Source: Rhodobiaceae bacterium (GTDB taxonomy: Bacteria > Pseudomonadota > Alphaproteobacteria > Rhizobiales > Aestuariivirgaceae). From it: a DNA stretch of 64,000 nucleotides. Below are positions 26,712 through 35,964 of this stretch, piece after piece. Every line of letters starts with the position of its first letter. The first letter of the stretch is position 1. The DNA is taken from assembly GCA_031409595.1 (NCBI GenBank), contig JANNXN010000028.1:948-64947 (forward strand), in the 5' to 3' direction. The notes under the pieces are model-generated. The model was given only the letters and a program-made list of their open reading frames with translations. It had not been told where the DNA came from and ran no database searches. A program made the position numbers and the translations under genes.

Positions 26712-26815
26712 TATGCCCGACTTAAAACATTTTATGATGGAAGCACAGCATTTTACTGTTGTCAAGTGGGCAATTATTGACTAATTAACACAAATTATGT
26801 ATGAAGTCGGGCATA
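26712..26815. promoter_or_regulatory. Divergent BMC/deoR control region bounded by a perfect 12-bp inverted repeat (TATGCCCGACTT ... AAGTCGGGCATA)
   Basis: The arms lie at 26712-26723 and 26804-26815. Between them are sigma70-like candidates: TTGACT-N17-TATGAA on the + strand (26778-26806) and TTGACA-N17-TTCCAT on the - strand. Each arm sits just upstream of a start codon, so both mRNAs would begin with AAGTCGGGCATA. Confidence 0.45.
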
Positions 26816-27595
26816 ATGGAAAAACTTGATCCCAAGTTGAACAAAAGTGACCGCCAGGCGCGCATCGTGACGGAATTGCGTGGTGCACCCACGTTGCGGG
26901 TGAATGAACTGGGTTTGAGGCTCAATGTGTCAACTGAAACTGTTCGGCGGGATCTGGCGGAATTATCAGAGCGGGGCCTCATCAACCGGACATATGGCGG
27001 GGCCATGCGGCCCCTCAGTTTTGAGCCCGCACTGATCGAGCGCGAGGCCCTGATGGTGGTTGAGCGCGAGCTGATTGCCGGGGTTGCGGTCAAGCTGGTT
27101 GAGGACAATGACATTCTGATGATCGGTGGCGGCGCCACAACCCTGCATTTCGCCCGGAGGCTGGCTGCGGAACGCAATCATATCACGGTCATAACCCACG
27201 CGTTTTCGATTGCCATGGCGCTGGCTACAAATCCTTTGCATAAAGTATTGATGCTGCCTGGGCAGTATGACGGTCGCGAAGGGTTGATTCATGGGCCGGA
27301 CACTATCGACGCGCTGCAGCGGTTTCATGCCAGCAAGGCGTTTCTCGGCGCCAGCGGACTTACCCCTGAAGGCCCCAATGATGCGGGCATTGGCCCCGGC
27401 CTCATTTATGGGGCGATGATGCGGCGTTCGGCGCAAACCATTGTTTTGGCGGATCGCAGCAAGTTTGATCGGCCTTCTCTTTCTGTCTATGGCCAGTGGT
27501 CATCTGCAACAACGTTGGTTTCAGATGCGCAGCCTAAGGGCGAACTTGCAGCAGCACTCGAGGCAAGTGATGCCAAATTTTTATTGGCCGACTAA
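26801..27595 (+). CDS. DeoR-family transcriptional regulator, divergent from the BMC operon
   Basis: N-terminal wHTH (RQARIVTELRGAPTLRVNELGLRLNVSTETVRRDLAELSERGLINRTYGGA) plus a DeoR C-terminal sugar-phosphate-sensor-like domain. The start may be ATG 26816 (MEKLDPK) if the TATGAA -10 candidate is real. Confidence 0.85.
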   Translation: MKSGIMEKLDPKLNKSDRQARIVTELRGAPTLRVNELGLRLNVSTETVRRDLAELSERGLINRTYGGAMRPLSFEPALIEREALMVVERELIAGVAVKLVEDNDILMIGGGATTLHFARRLAAERNHITVITHAFSIAMALATNPLHKVLMLPGQYDGREGLIHGPDTIDALQRFHASKAFLGASGLTPEGPNDAGIGPGLIYGAMMRRSAQTIVLADRSKFDRPSLSVYGQWSSATTLVSDAQPKGELAAALEASDAKFLLAD

Positions 27596-27657
27596 TCCTT
27601 GAATCCCAGGGCACCTTTCTTATTTGTAGTGCTGTTGGACATTTCAGGAGGACATTC

Positions 27658-28101
27658 ATGTCACACGCCGAGGCAGGTACGTTTGAAGAGAAGAAGTGGA
27701 AATCATGCAGGGCCGGGAAGTCACGGTGGTCAGCTTATGAAGTGGGCGCCATGGTTCTTGGGTTTGTCATATTTTGGCCGCTTGGCTTGATCGCATTGTT
27801 CCTGAAGTGGAAGAATGGCGAAATGTGGCGTGGTGCGGCCGAGGGCAATGCGCCTTGGGCAAGCTGGAAGATGCCGTCATTTGGCGACTGGCAACCAAGC
27901 GCACACGGTTATTCACACACGGGCAATGCCGCCTTTGACGAATACAAGCGCACCCAGTTGGAGCGCCTCGAAGCTGAACGGCGCAAGCTGGATGAAGAGC
28001 AGAAAGCATTCCGCGAGCATCTCGCGAAATTGCGCAAGGCGAAGGATCAGGACGAGTTTGATCGCTTCATGGCGGAGCGCGGAGCAGGCGCGCAAACCTA
28101 A
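27658..28101 (+). CDS. DUF2852-like small membrane protein
   Basis: 147 aa with RBS AGGAGG. It has one TM helix (VGAMVLGFVIFWPLGLIALFLKW) and a C-terminal charged coiled coil. The family call is from memory of alphaproteobacterial DUF2852 proteins. Confidence 0.55.
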   Translation: MSHAEAGTFEEKKWKSCRAGKSRWSAYEVGAMVLGFVIFWPLGLIALFLKWKNGEMWRGAAEGNAPWASWKMPSFGDWQPSAHGYSHTGNAAFDEYKRTQLERLEAERRKLDEEQKAFREHLAKLRKAKDQDEFDRFMAERGAGAQT

Positions 28102-28108
28102 TCAATGC

Positions 28109-28139
28109 AAAAGGCCAGATCGTTAAAGTCTGGCCTTTT
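28109..28139. terminator. Bidirectional hairpin terminator between convergent genes
   Basis: AAAAGGCCAGA, 9-nt loop, TCTGGCCTTTT. A/T tracts on both sides. Confidence 0.55.
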
Positions 28140-28549
28140 CAGTTTTCCTGGCGTTCCAAATTGTATGACGCCATCATATGTGGTTCCACCGGGCGCAATG
28201 CAGGCTGGCGATCAGCGAACACGGGTGCCCGTGGCGCCATGCGAATGGGAGTGACCGCTCGAACGGGTTCGCGCTCCACGGCTTCCACTGAATTCAAATT
28301 GATGCCACTCTCGACAACCAGATCCTGTGCGCCGCCGATGAGCAGGAGGTGCTCAACTTCATCCCTGCGAATTAACACAAGCCGGCGCGTTTCATCGATT
28401 TCGTGATATTCACTGATTGCAAGCCGCTGGCCCTTTCGCCCGCGTACACGGCGATTGAGCATTTTAACAATTGCAATGCCCAGCAGCAAAACAGCTATCG
28501 CTGCGGCTGCTGCAACCAGGTAACTCCAGTAATTTGTAAAAAAATCCAT
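28139..28549 (-). CDS. FliO-like single-TM protein
   Basis: Start at ATG 28549 (MDFFTNYWSYLVAAAAAIAVLLLGIAIVKML...). A TM helix is followed by RLVLIRRDEVEHLLLIGG, resembling FliO-family proteins. Family call has low certainty. Confidence 0.5.
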   Translation of the reverse strand: MDFFTNYWSYLVAAAAAIAVLLLGIAIVKMLNRRVRGRKGQRLAISEYHEIDETRRLVLIRRDEVEHLLLIGGAQDLVVESGINLNSVEAVEREPVRAVTPIRMAPRAPVFADRQPALRPVEPHMMASYNLERQEN

Positions 28550-28702
28550 TGATCTAACCCCTGCCCAAATCAATCCCCTGCCATTAATACCACAAATTTT
28601 CGCGCGAAGGGCAATGTTTTGTTTGCCAGCAATATTGTTGATGGCAAAAATTCCGCGTCGTCAAGAATCGCCTATACTGCGTTGATTCGGGATGGGAACT
28701 TA

Positions 28703-31219
28703 ATGGCTGAACGTGGTCCTACTGAGAGGCTTGGGGCGGCCGCAAAGGCCTCGGCTTCAGGGCATGGCTATGCGGTGTTGTCTTTGGCTGTCTCGGTTCT
28801 GCTTGCTGGGGCGGTTATTGCCGCTGTCTGGGTATTGAAATCACAGCTTTCCCTGTTTCTTTTAGTCATCGGCGGGCCGCTGGCGTTTGCCGGATTGTTT
28901 GCGATCTTTGGATACATGGCGGGTTTCCTGCGAATTGAAAGACGAAACCAAACACGCACTTTCTTTGACGGGCTGACCGATGCGATTGGCGATGCCTGTG
29001 TGGTGACAGACAGCAAGTCTCGCGCTGTCTATGGCAATGCCGCCTACTTGAAGCTGGCGAAGGCGGCTGGAGTTGGGCGGCTGGTTGGTCTGGATTTGAT
29101 GTATGCGGGGCAAACCACATTTGTTGAGCCAATTTATCAATTGGCCCAGGCGGCGATGGACGGCAAGAGTGACTACCGCGAAATTCGCGTGCCTGCGGGA
29201 TCTTCGGCTCCAGGTGCTGGCCCCGATACGCCGAGATGGCTCAAAATCAGTGTGGCGCCAGTTGTCGATCTGTCCAAGCGTGGTTATGTGCTTTGGCGAT
29301 TGCAAGACGTCAGCGTTGATCGCGCCAAGCAGGAACAGGCGTTTGGCCGGCTGCAATTCATCATCACCTACCTTGATCATGCGCCGGCCGGATTTTTTTC
29401 GACTTTGCCAAACAAGAAGGTGGATTATCTCAATGCGACGCTGGCTGAGTGGCTGGGCCTTGATGTTGCCGAAAGTCAGGGCGGTGAGCTGCAGTTGAGC
29501 GATGTTCTGGGGGAGGAGGGCGCCAAGTTGTTGAGCGCTGTCCAGCCCATTGCCAGCGGCGGGCGCACAGAGTTGTTCAGTCTCGATTTGAAGAGCAAAG
29601 CAGGCGTTGTCTTGCCGGTTGAGATTATTCACCGCGTGGACTTCGATGAACAGGCGAAAATGCTTCCGGCACGAACTTTGGTTGTGCCGCGGCGGGACAA
29701 GAAATCCAACCGGGATGATGGCGACGCCCTGGCTCGATTTGTTGGCGTTGCACCCATTGGTGTTGCTGAAATTGATGCAAAGGGTGTCATTCAATCAGCG
29801 AATGCAGTTTTCATATCCTACTCGCCCAAAGCCAAGCGGGGCGCCAACCTTGATGCCATGGTGGTTGAGGGTGATCGGATCGAGCTGGCGAAGGGCCTTG
29901 AGAAAATTCAGGCTCACAATGATTCAGTCGTTGTCGTTGATGCAACTGTTCATGATGACAAACCCCGGCTGGTGCAGTTTTCGTTTGCGCGATTGCGTGG
30001 GGGTTCGCCGAACTTCACGGTGTTTGCCATCGACAAGACAGAGAGCAAGGCGCTTGAAGTGCAACTGGCGCAGAGCCAGAAGATGCAGGCTGTAGGTCAG
30101 CTCGCGAGCGGCATTGCGCATGACTTCAACAATGTCTTGACTCCCATTATCGGCTTTGCGGATCTTTTGTTGGCAAAGATGCGGCCCACTGATCCGGCCT
30201 TTGCCGATATCATGAATATAAAGCAGAACGCCAATCGGGCGGCCAATCTTGTGCGGCAACTGTTGGCGTTTTCGCGCAAGCAAACCTTGCAGCCGAAAGT
30301 GCATTCACTGACTGATGCCATGTCGGAGCTTGGCAACCTGCTGGGACGGGTTCTCGGCGAAAAGGTTGAACTGAAGATCAGTCATGCCCGCGACCTTGGT
30401 TTGGTGATGGTTGACATTCATCAATTTGAACAGGTGATCATCAATCTCGCGGTGAATGCGCGCGATGCCATGCCAAAGGGCGGTGTGCTCTATGTCACCA
30501 CCAAAAACATAAGTGAGGAAGAGTCCAAATCCATTGTGCGCGAGCCGATGCCGGTTGGTGAATACGTATTGTGTGAAGTGACTGACACGGGTTCGGGGAT
30601 TCCGGCGGATATTGTGCAAAAAATCTGGGAGCCGTTCTTTTCCACCAAAGATGTTGGCAAGGGAACCGGTCTGGGGCTTTCAACTGTTTATGGCATTGTC
30701 AAACAAACCGGCGGGTTTATTTTCTGCGACAGTGTTGTTGGCAAGGGAACGACATTCAGCATTTATCTGCCGCGTCACTATCCAAAGGAAATCGAAATTT
30801 CGGCAGCGGTGGCCAAGGACGAGGCGAAAGAAAAGCGCTCAGACCTTACGGGCAAGGGGCGCATTCTGCTGGTTGAGGATGAGGACGCTGTTCGGGCGTT
30901 TGCCATTCGGGCCCTTTCGTCACGTGGTTATACGGTGATCGAGGCCGATTCCGGTGAACGGGCATTGGAAATAATGGCCGGCCAAACGACTGGATTTGAT
31001 CTTATTCTTTCCGATGTCGTGATGCCGGAAATGGATGGCCCCACCATGCTCCGCGAGCTTCGTAGACGCGGGGTGAAGACCAAAGTCATCTTTGTATCAG
31101 GCTACGCCGAAGATGCTTTTGAGAAGAACCTTGAGGGCCAGACGGACTTCGCATTCCTACCCAAGCCTTTCTCACTGAAGCAATTGGTGGAAAAGGTCAA
31201 AGAAGTCATGGACAGCTAA
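28703..31219 (+). CDS. cckA: Hybrid sensor histidine kinase / response regulator, CckA-type
   Basis: Two N-terminal TM helices, PAS-like region, H-box [21 protein letters not shown], HATPase_c (DTGSGIP, GTGLGLS), and a C-terminal receiver ([11 protein letters not shown]...[10 protein letters not shown]...KPF). ATG 28703 is preferred over the track's TTG 28619. Confidence 0.8.
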   Translation: MAERGPTERLGAAAKASASGHGYAVLSLAVSVLLAGAVIAAVWVLKSQLSLFLLVIGGPLAFAGLFAIFGYMAGFLRIERRNQTRTFFDGLTDAIGDACVVTDSKSRAVYGNAAYLKLAKAAGVGRLVGLDLMYAGQTTFVEPIYQLAQAAMDGKSDYREIRVPAGSSAPGAGPDTPRWLKISVAPVVDLSKRGYVLWRLQDVSVDRAKQEQAFGRLQFIITYLDHAPAGFFSTLPNKKVDYLNATLAEWLGLDVAESQGGELQLSDVLGEEGAKLLSAVQPIASGGRTELFSLDLKSKAGVVLPVEIIHRVDFDEQAKMLPARTLVVPRRDKKSNRDDGDALARFVGVAPIGVAEIDAKGVIQSANAVFISYSPKAKRGANLDAMVVEGDRIELAKGLEKIQAHNDSVVVVDATVHDDKPRLVQFSFARLRGGSPNFTVFAIDKTESKALEVQLAQSQKMQAVGQLASGIAHDFNNVLTPIIGFADLLLAKMRPTDPAFADIMNIKQNANRAANLVRQLLAFSRKQTLQPKVHSLTDAMSELGNLLGRVLGEKVELKISHARDLGLVMVDIHQFEQVIINLAVNARDAMPKGGVLYVTTKNISEEESKSIVREPMPVGEYVLCEVTDTGSGIPADIVQKIWEPFFSTKDVGKGTGLGLSTVYGIVKQTGGFIFCDSVVGKGTTFSIYLPRHYPKEIEISAAVAKDEAKEKRSDLTGKGRILLVEDEDAVRAFAIRALSSRGYTVIEADSGERALEIMAGQTTGFDLILSDVVMPEMDGPTMLRELRRRGVKTKVIFVSGYAEDAFEKNLEGQTDFAFLPKPFSLKQLVEKVKEVMDS

Positions 31220-31343
31220 TCACTCGCCAAATTGTCCCTTCAACTAAAAAGTGTATTGTTTAATTATGCAATTTTTATTGGTATAAACTTAATAATTCAA
31301 CTTCGTGTTCTCAATAATTGCCCAAAAATAGTTCTTGCATTCA

Positions 31344-31358
31344 GAACAAAATTAGAAC
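31344..31358 (+). promoter_or_regulatory. Alphaproteobacterial LexA (SOS) box GAAC-N7-GAAC upstream of recA
   Basis: GAACAAAATTAGAAC lies 74-88 nt upstream of the recA ATG. Additional GTTC tetramers sit at 31307 and 31331. Confidence 0.6.
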
Positions 31359-31431
31359 ATAACAAAAACATCGCTGGTACACAGTAAATATATTGCACCG
31401 GGCGAGGCATCTGAATAAAGGAGTATGGGTG

Positions 31432-32505
31432 ATGGGGCAGACTAACCTTAAGGTTGTTGAGAACACTTCTGACATGGATAAGAACAAAGCGCTTGATGCA
31501 GCTTTAAGCCAGATAGAACGGGCTTTTGGCAAGGGTTCGATCATGAAGCTCGGGGCTAATACAGCGCTTGAGATCGAATCAATTTCCACGGGTTCGCTGG
31601 GGCTTGATATTGCTCTGGGTATCGGCGGACTGCCGCGTGGCCGTGTTATTGAGATTTATGGCCCTGAATCTTCTGGCAAGACAACATTGGCGCTGCAAAC
31701 GATTGCCGAGTCGCAGAAGCGTGGCGGCATTTGTGCGTTCGTTGATGCTGAACACGCGATGGATCCGGGCTATGCCAAGAAACTGGGCGTCAATATCGAG
31801 GATCTCCTGATTTCGCAGCCGGATACGGGTGAGCAGGCTCTGGAGATTGCTGATACCTTGGTGCGTTCCGGCGCCATCGAAATTCTGGTTATCGATTCGG
31901 TTGCTGCCCTTACGCCCAAGGCCGAACTTGAGGGCGAAATGGGCGACTCACTGCCTGGTTTGCAGGCGCGTTTGATGAGCCAGGCCTTGCGCAAGCTTAC
32001 GGCCTCGATTTCAAAATCCAATTGCATGGTTATTTTTATCAACCAGATCCGCATGAAAATTGGCGTGATGTTTGGCAGTCCGGAAACCACGACGGGTGGT
32101 AATGCGCTGAAGTTCTATGCTTCGGTTCGACTGGATATTCGCCGGATTGGCGCGATCAAGGACCGGGAAGAGGTTGTCGGCAACCAAACTCGTGTCAAGG
32201 TTGTTAAAAATAAGGTCGCGCCACCGTTCAAGATGGTTGAATTTGACATCATGTATGGCGAAGGCATTTCCAAGGTTGGTGAGTTGGTTGATCTTGGCGT
32301 AACGGCTGGCGTGGTTGAAAAATCTGGTTCGTGGTACTCCTATAACGGAGAGCGCATCGGGCAGGGCCGCGATAAGGCCAAGGAGTTCCTGCGGCAAAAT
32401 CAGGATATGGCCAATGCAATTGAGGCGGCAATTCGCGCGAATGCGGGATTGATTGCAGCCAAGATTACGATTGGCGCGTCTGCTGCCGAAGATTCTGACG
32501 AGTAA
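31432..32505 (+). CDS. recA: Recombinase A
   Basis: [22 protein letters not shown]...[15 protein letters not shown]...; AAAGGAG RBS 8 nt upstream of ATG 31432. The track ORF starts earlier, at 31393. Confidence 0.97.
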   Translation: MGQTNLKVVENTSDMDKNKALDAALSQIERAFGKGSIMKLGANTALEIESISTGSLGLDIALGIGGLPRGRVIEIYGPESSGKTTLALQTIAESQKRGGICAFVDAEHAMDPGYAKKLGVNIEDLLISQPDTGEQALEIADTLVRSGAIEILVIDSVAALTPKAELEGEMGDSLPGLQARLMSQALRKLTASISKSNCMVIFINQIRMKIGVMFGSPETTTGGNALKFYASVRLDIRRIGAIKDREEVVGNQTRVKVVKNKVAPPFKMVEFDIMYGEGISKVGELVDLGVTAGVVEKSGSWYSYNGERIGQGRDKAKEFLRQNQDMANAIEAAIRANAGLIAAKITIGASAAEDSDE

Positions 32506-32583
32506 ATTTCCGGAAATTTGATTTCCTGCTGTCCTTTTTAAGTGTGGCAGGTATTGCTGGTGTTTCCCCACACCCGCAGGCGA

Positions 32584-32620
32584 AGCGTCCTCCGTTGCCC
32601 CCGGGGGACGCTGTTTTTTT
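32584..32620 (+). terminator. recA rho-independent terminator
   Basis: AGCGTCC (32584-32590), loop, GGACGCT (32606-32612), followed by T7 (32614-32620). Confidence 0.65.
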
Positions 32621-32740
32621 GACATAGCTGCGCATTTACAGAGGCACTATTAGTAATTCTGGACAGCGGGCCACCTTGCCCCTTAAAGAGCATCTCATTC
32701 AATGAAATTGGAACTTTCTGAAAGAGACGTTGGAAATCAT

Positions 32741-35398
32741 ATGACTGGCCTTGCACAAATCCGCTCTACTTTTCTTGATTTCTTCAAAAAACAGGGCCAC
32801 GAGGTTGTGGCCTCGTCATCGCTGGTGCCACGCAATGATCCAACCCTGATGTTTGCCAATTCAGGCATGGTGCAATTCAAGAACGTGTTTACGGGGGCGG
32901 AACGCCGTCCCTACAGCCGCGCCACCACAGCGCAGAAATGCGTCCGGGCTGGCGGCAAACACAATGATCTCGACAATGTGGGATATACGGCCCGGCACCA
33001 CACGTTTTTTGAAATGCTGGGCAATTTTTCGTTTGGGGATTATTTCAAACCTGATGCCATTGAATGGGCCTGGTCGCTCGTTACGAAGGAATATGGATTG
33101 TCGGCTGACAAATTGACAGTCACGGTGTTTTCCGAGGACGATGAAGCATTCGGTTTGTGGAAAAAAATTGCGGGGTTGCCAGACAGCCGCATCATCCGCA
33201 TTCCCACTTCTGACAATTTCTGGTCGATGGGTGACACGGGTCCGTGCGGCCCCTGTTCTGAAATATTTTATGATCATGGTGATAAGATTGCGGGCGGCCC
33301 GCCAGGCAGTCCTGAGGCGGATGGCGATCGCTTCATCGAAATCTGGAACCTGGTGTTCATGCAATTTGAGCAGGTCAGCAAGCAAGAGCGGATCAGTCTC
33401 CCCAAACCCTCGATTGACACAGGCATGGGGCTCGAGCGCATTGCGGCAGTGCTTCAGGGGACGCACGACAATTATGAGACGGACCTGTTCCAGGCTCTTA
33501 TTTCATCCATTGTTGAAAGAACGGGCGTTGCGGCTGAAGGCAAGAACAAGGCCTCCAACCGTGTCATTGCTGATCACTTGAGGGCGTCTTCGTTCCTCAT
33601 TGCCGATGGCGTTTTGCCATCCAATGAAGGCCGGGGTTATGTCTTGCGCCGCATCATGCGCCGTGCCATGCGGCATGGCGAGTTGCTGGGGCAACGCGAA
33701 CCCCTGATGTGGAAGCTGGTGCCAACACTGGTTCGGGAGATGGGTGGCGCTTATCCCGAACTGATACAAAATCAGGACATGATCACTGAAACACTCCGCC
33801 TGGAAGAAACACGATTTCGCAAAACGCTTGAGCGCGGCCTTCGCATTCTCGATGACGAGTCGCAGAACCTCAACAAGGGTGATGTGTTCAAAGGCGAGAC
33901 GGCTTTCAAACTCTATGACACTTATGGTTTCCCGCTTGATCTCACCCAGGATGCGCTGCGTTCACGCGGCATTGTGGTCGATACGGAAGCCTTCAACACG
34001 GCCATGAACGTGCAACGCTCTGAGGCGCGCCGGGCCTGGAAAGGATCGGGCGACACCAAGACCGACACAATCTGGTTCGAAATTCGTGACGCGGTGGGGG
34101 CCACGGAATTCCTTGGCTACGACACCGAAAGCGCTGAGGGTGTCATCAAGGCCATCGTCGTTGACTGCAAAAAAGTTGATCATTTGCAAACGGGTAAAAG
34201 GGCCGCAATCGTTGTCAACCAGACGACTTTCTATGCAGAATCGGGTGGCCAGACTGGCGATCATGGTGTGGTCAAGACTGCGGGCGGCGCCGTCTTTCGA
34301 GTCTCCGGAACTGAAAAGCGGGTTGGTGATCTCATCGTGCATGAAGGTGTGGCCGAAAGCGGAACGCTCGCTGTCGGTGAACCGGTCGAACTGAAAGTGG
34401 ATCACAGCCGCCGTTCGGGCAACCGCCAGCATCATTCGGCTACCCATCTGTTGCATGAAGCGCTCCGCAGAACGCTTGGAACCCATGTGGCGCAAAAGGG
34501 TTCGCTGGTTGAGCCCAATCGCTTGCGCTTTGACTTTTCACACAACAAGGCCATGAATGCCGGCGAAATATCTGCCGTTGAAAAACTGGCCAATGAAATT
34601 GTTTTGCAAAATTCAGCCGTCAACACCAGACTGATGTCGGTTGACGCAGCTGTGGCCGAAGGTGCGATGGCATTGTTCGGTGAAAAATATGGAGATGAAG
34701 TGCGGGTCGTTTCCATGGGGCGGAATGAAGAAGGAGCTGAGCGGCCGATCTATTCGCTTGAACTTTGTGGCGGCACTCATGTTTCGCGCACCGGTGACAT
34801 CGGCATGATCAAGATTGTTGCGGAAAGCGGTTCAGCCGCCGGGGTTCGCCGGATGGAAGCCCTTGCAGGTCCTGCGGCATATGATTATCTCGAATTGCAG
34901 AACTCGCGCGTAAGTGCAGCAGCGGCAGCGCTTAAAACATCTCCCGCAGACCTGATAAGCCGCATAGAAAGCCTGATCGATGAGCGCAAAAAACTTGAGC
35001 GCGAATTGGCCGAAGCCAAAAAGGCAATGGCATTGGGCGCCGGCGGATCGGGTGCTGCGTCGGATATGCAGGTCGTGAATGGCATCAATTTTGTGACGCG
35101 CATTCTCGCCGATATGGATGCCAGCGCCATGAAAGGCCTGGTTGACGAAAGCAAAGCCAAGCTCGGGTCGGGCGTGGTCGCACTTCTCAGCAAGGGTGTT
35201 GATGGCAAGGCCAGTCTCTATGTGGGCATCACCAATGATCTCACAGCCAGGATTAGCGCTGTTGACCTGGTTCGGGCGGGCTCTGCCGTGCTGGGCGGCA
35301 AAGGCGGCGGCGGACGCGCCGACCTGGCACAGGCGGGTGGACCCAATGCTGACAAGGCGGAGGAAGCCTTTGCCGCTATCCGCGACATGGTGAAATAA
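32741..35398 (+). CDS. alaS: Alanine--tRNA ligase
   Basis: [24 protein letters not shown]...[10 protein letters not shown]...[17 protein letters not shown], the editing-domain HSATHLLH motif and a C-terminal DHHA1 domain. ATG 32741 is preferred over 32702. Confidence 0.97.
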   Translation: MTGLAQIRSTFLDFFKKQGHEVVASSSLVPRNDPTLMFANSGMVQFKNVFTGAERRPYSRATTAQKCVRAGGKHNDLDNVGYTARHHTFFEMLGNFSFGDYFKPDAIEWAWSLVTKEYGLSADKLTVTVFSEDDEAFGLWKKIAGLPDSRIIRIPTSDNFWSMGDTGPCGPCSEIFYDHGDKIAGGPPGSPEADGDRFIEIWNLVFMQFEQVSKQERISLPKPSIDTGMGLERIAAVLQGTHDNYETDLFQALISSIVERTGVAAEGKNKASNRVIADHLRASSFLIADGVLPSNEGRGYVLRRIMRRAMRHGELLGQREPLMWKLVPTLVREMGGAYPELIQNQDMITETLRLEETRFRKTLERGLRILDDESQNLNKGDVFKGETAFKLYDTYGFPLDLTQDALRSRGIVVDTEAFNTAMNVQRSEARRAWKGSGDTKTDTIWFEIRDAVGATEFLGYDTESAEGVIKAIVVDCKKVDHLQTGKRAAIVVNQTTFYAESGGQTGDHGVVKTAGGAVFRVSGTEKRVGDLIVHEGVAESGTLAVGEPVELKVDHSRRSGNRQHHSATHLLHEALRRTLGTHVAQKGSLVEPNRLRFDFSHNKAMNAGEISAVEKLANEIVLQNSAVNTRLMSVDAAVAEGAMALFGEKYGDEVRVVSMGRNEEGAERPIYSLELCGGTHVSRTGDIGMIKIVAESGSAAGVRRMEALAGPAAYDYLELQNSRVSAAAAALKTSPADLISRIESLIDERKKLERELAEAKKAMALGAGGSGAASDMQVVNGINFVTRILADMDASAMKGLVDESKAKLGSGVVALLSKGVDGKASLYVGITNDLTARISAVDLVRAGSAVLGGKGGGGRADLAQAGGPNADKAEEAFAAIRDMVK

Positions 35399-35399
35399 T

Positions 35400-35876
35400 T
35401 CAGGGCCAGTCGTCCGTGTCGTGATCTGGATGTTGCAGGCTTTTTAGTTTGACCAGATCTTCTGCCGAACGGTAGTCGGAGGTCATCACTTCTGGAAGCT
35501 TGTGCAAATCCCTGAACCATTGAACACGACTTTCAACTCCCGCTTGCTCCTTCAGGGGGCCAATGCGGTTCGGTTCATCAAGTGCGCCGATTGAGACTTC
35601 TATGTTTGTGTCGCCATCTTCGCGCATGTAAAGCGGCGTTCCGCAATTGCTGCAGAACCCCCGTGCCACGATCGCCGACGATCTGAACTCGCCCGGCTTG
35701 CCGCGTGTCCAGGTGAGCTGACTGATGGGAACAGACACGAGCGCTGCGCCCCAGGAGCCATAGGCCTTCTGGCACATGCGACAATGGCAAATTCCGGCTT
35801 TTCCAAGGGCCCCGGAAATTCGAAACCGCACTGCGCCGCACTGACATCCGCCCGAATAATTACTGATATTTGTCAA
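35400..35876 (-). CDS. GFA-family protein (glutathione-dependent formaldehyde-activating / CENP-V fold)
   Basis: GGCQCGAVRF...ICHCRMCQKA...FCSNCGTPL zinc-cysteine pattern. 158 aa. Confidence 0.8.
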   Translation of the reverse strand: MTNISNYSGGCQCGAVRFRISGALGKAGICHCRMCQKAYGSWGAALVSVPISQLTWTRGKPGEFRSSAIVARGFCSNCGTPLYMREDGDTNIEVSIGALDEPNRIGPLKEQAGVESRVQWFRDLHKLPEVMTSDYRSAEDLVKLKSLQHPDHDTDDWP

Positions 35877-35964
35877 TATCTTATCCTCCGCAATTCGGCC
35901 TCAACTGTTTATTTACCATAAGGGCCGCAGTGTAGCCGTTCAACTGTCGGGGGAAACGCAGTAA

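Noticed and set aside
28862-29794. 310-aa minus-strand ORF
   Set aside because: It lies entirely inside cckA on the opposite strand, and its composition is typical of antisense frames.
32011-32625. 204-aa minus-strand ORF
   Set aside because: It is antisense to the 3' half of recA and runs across the recA terminator.
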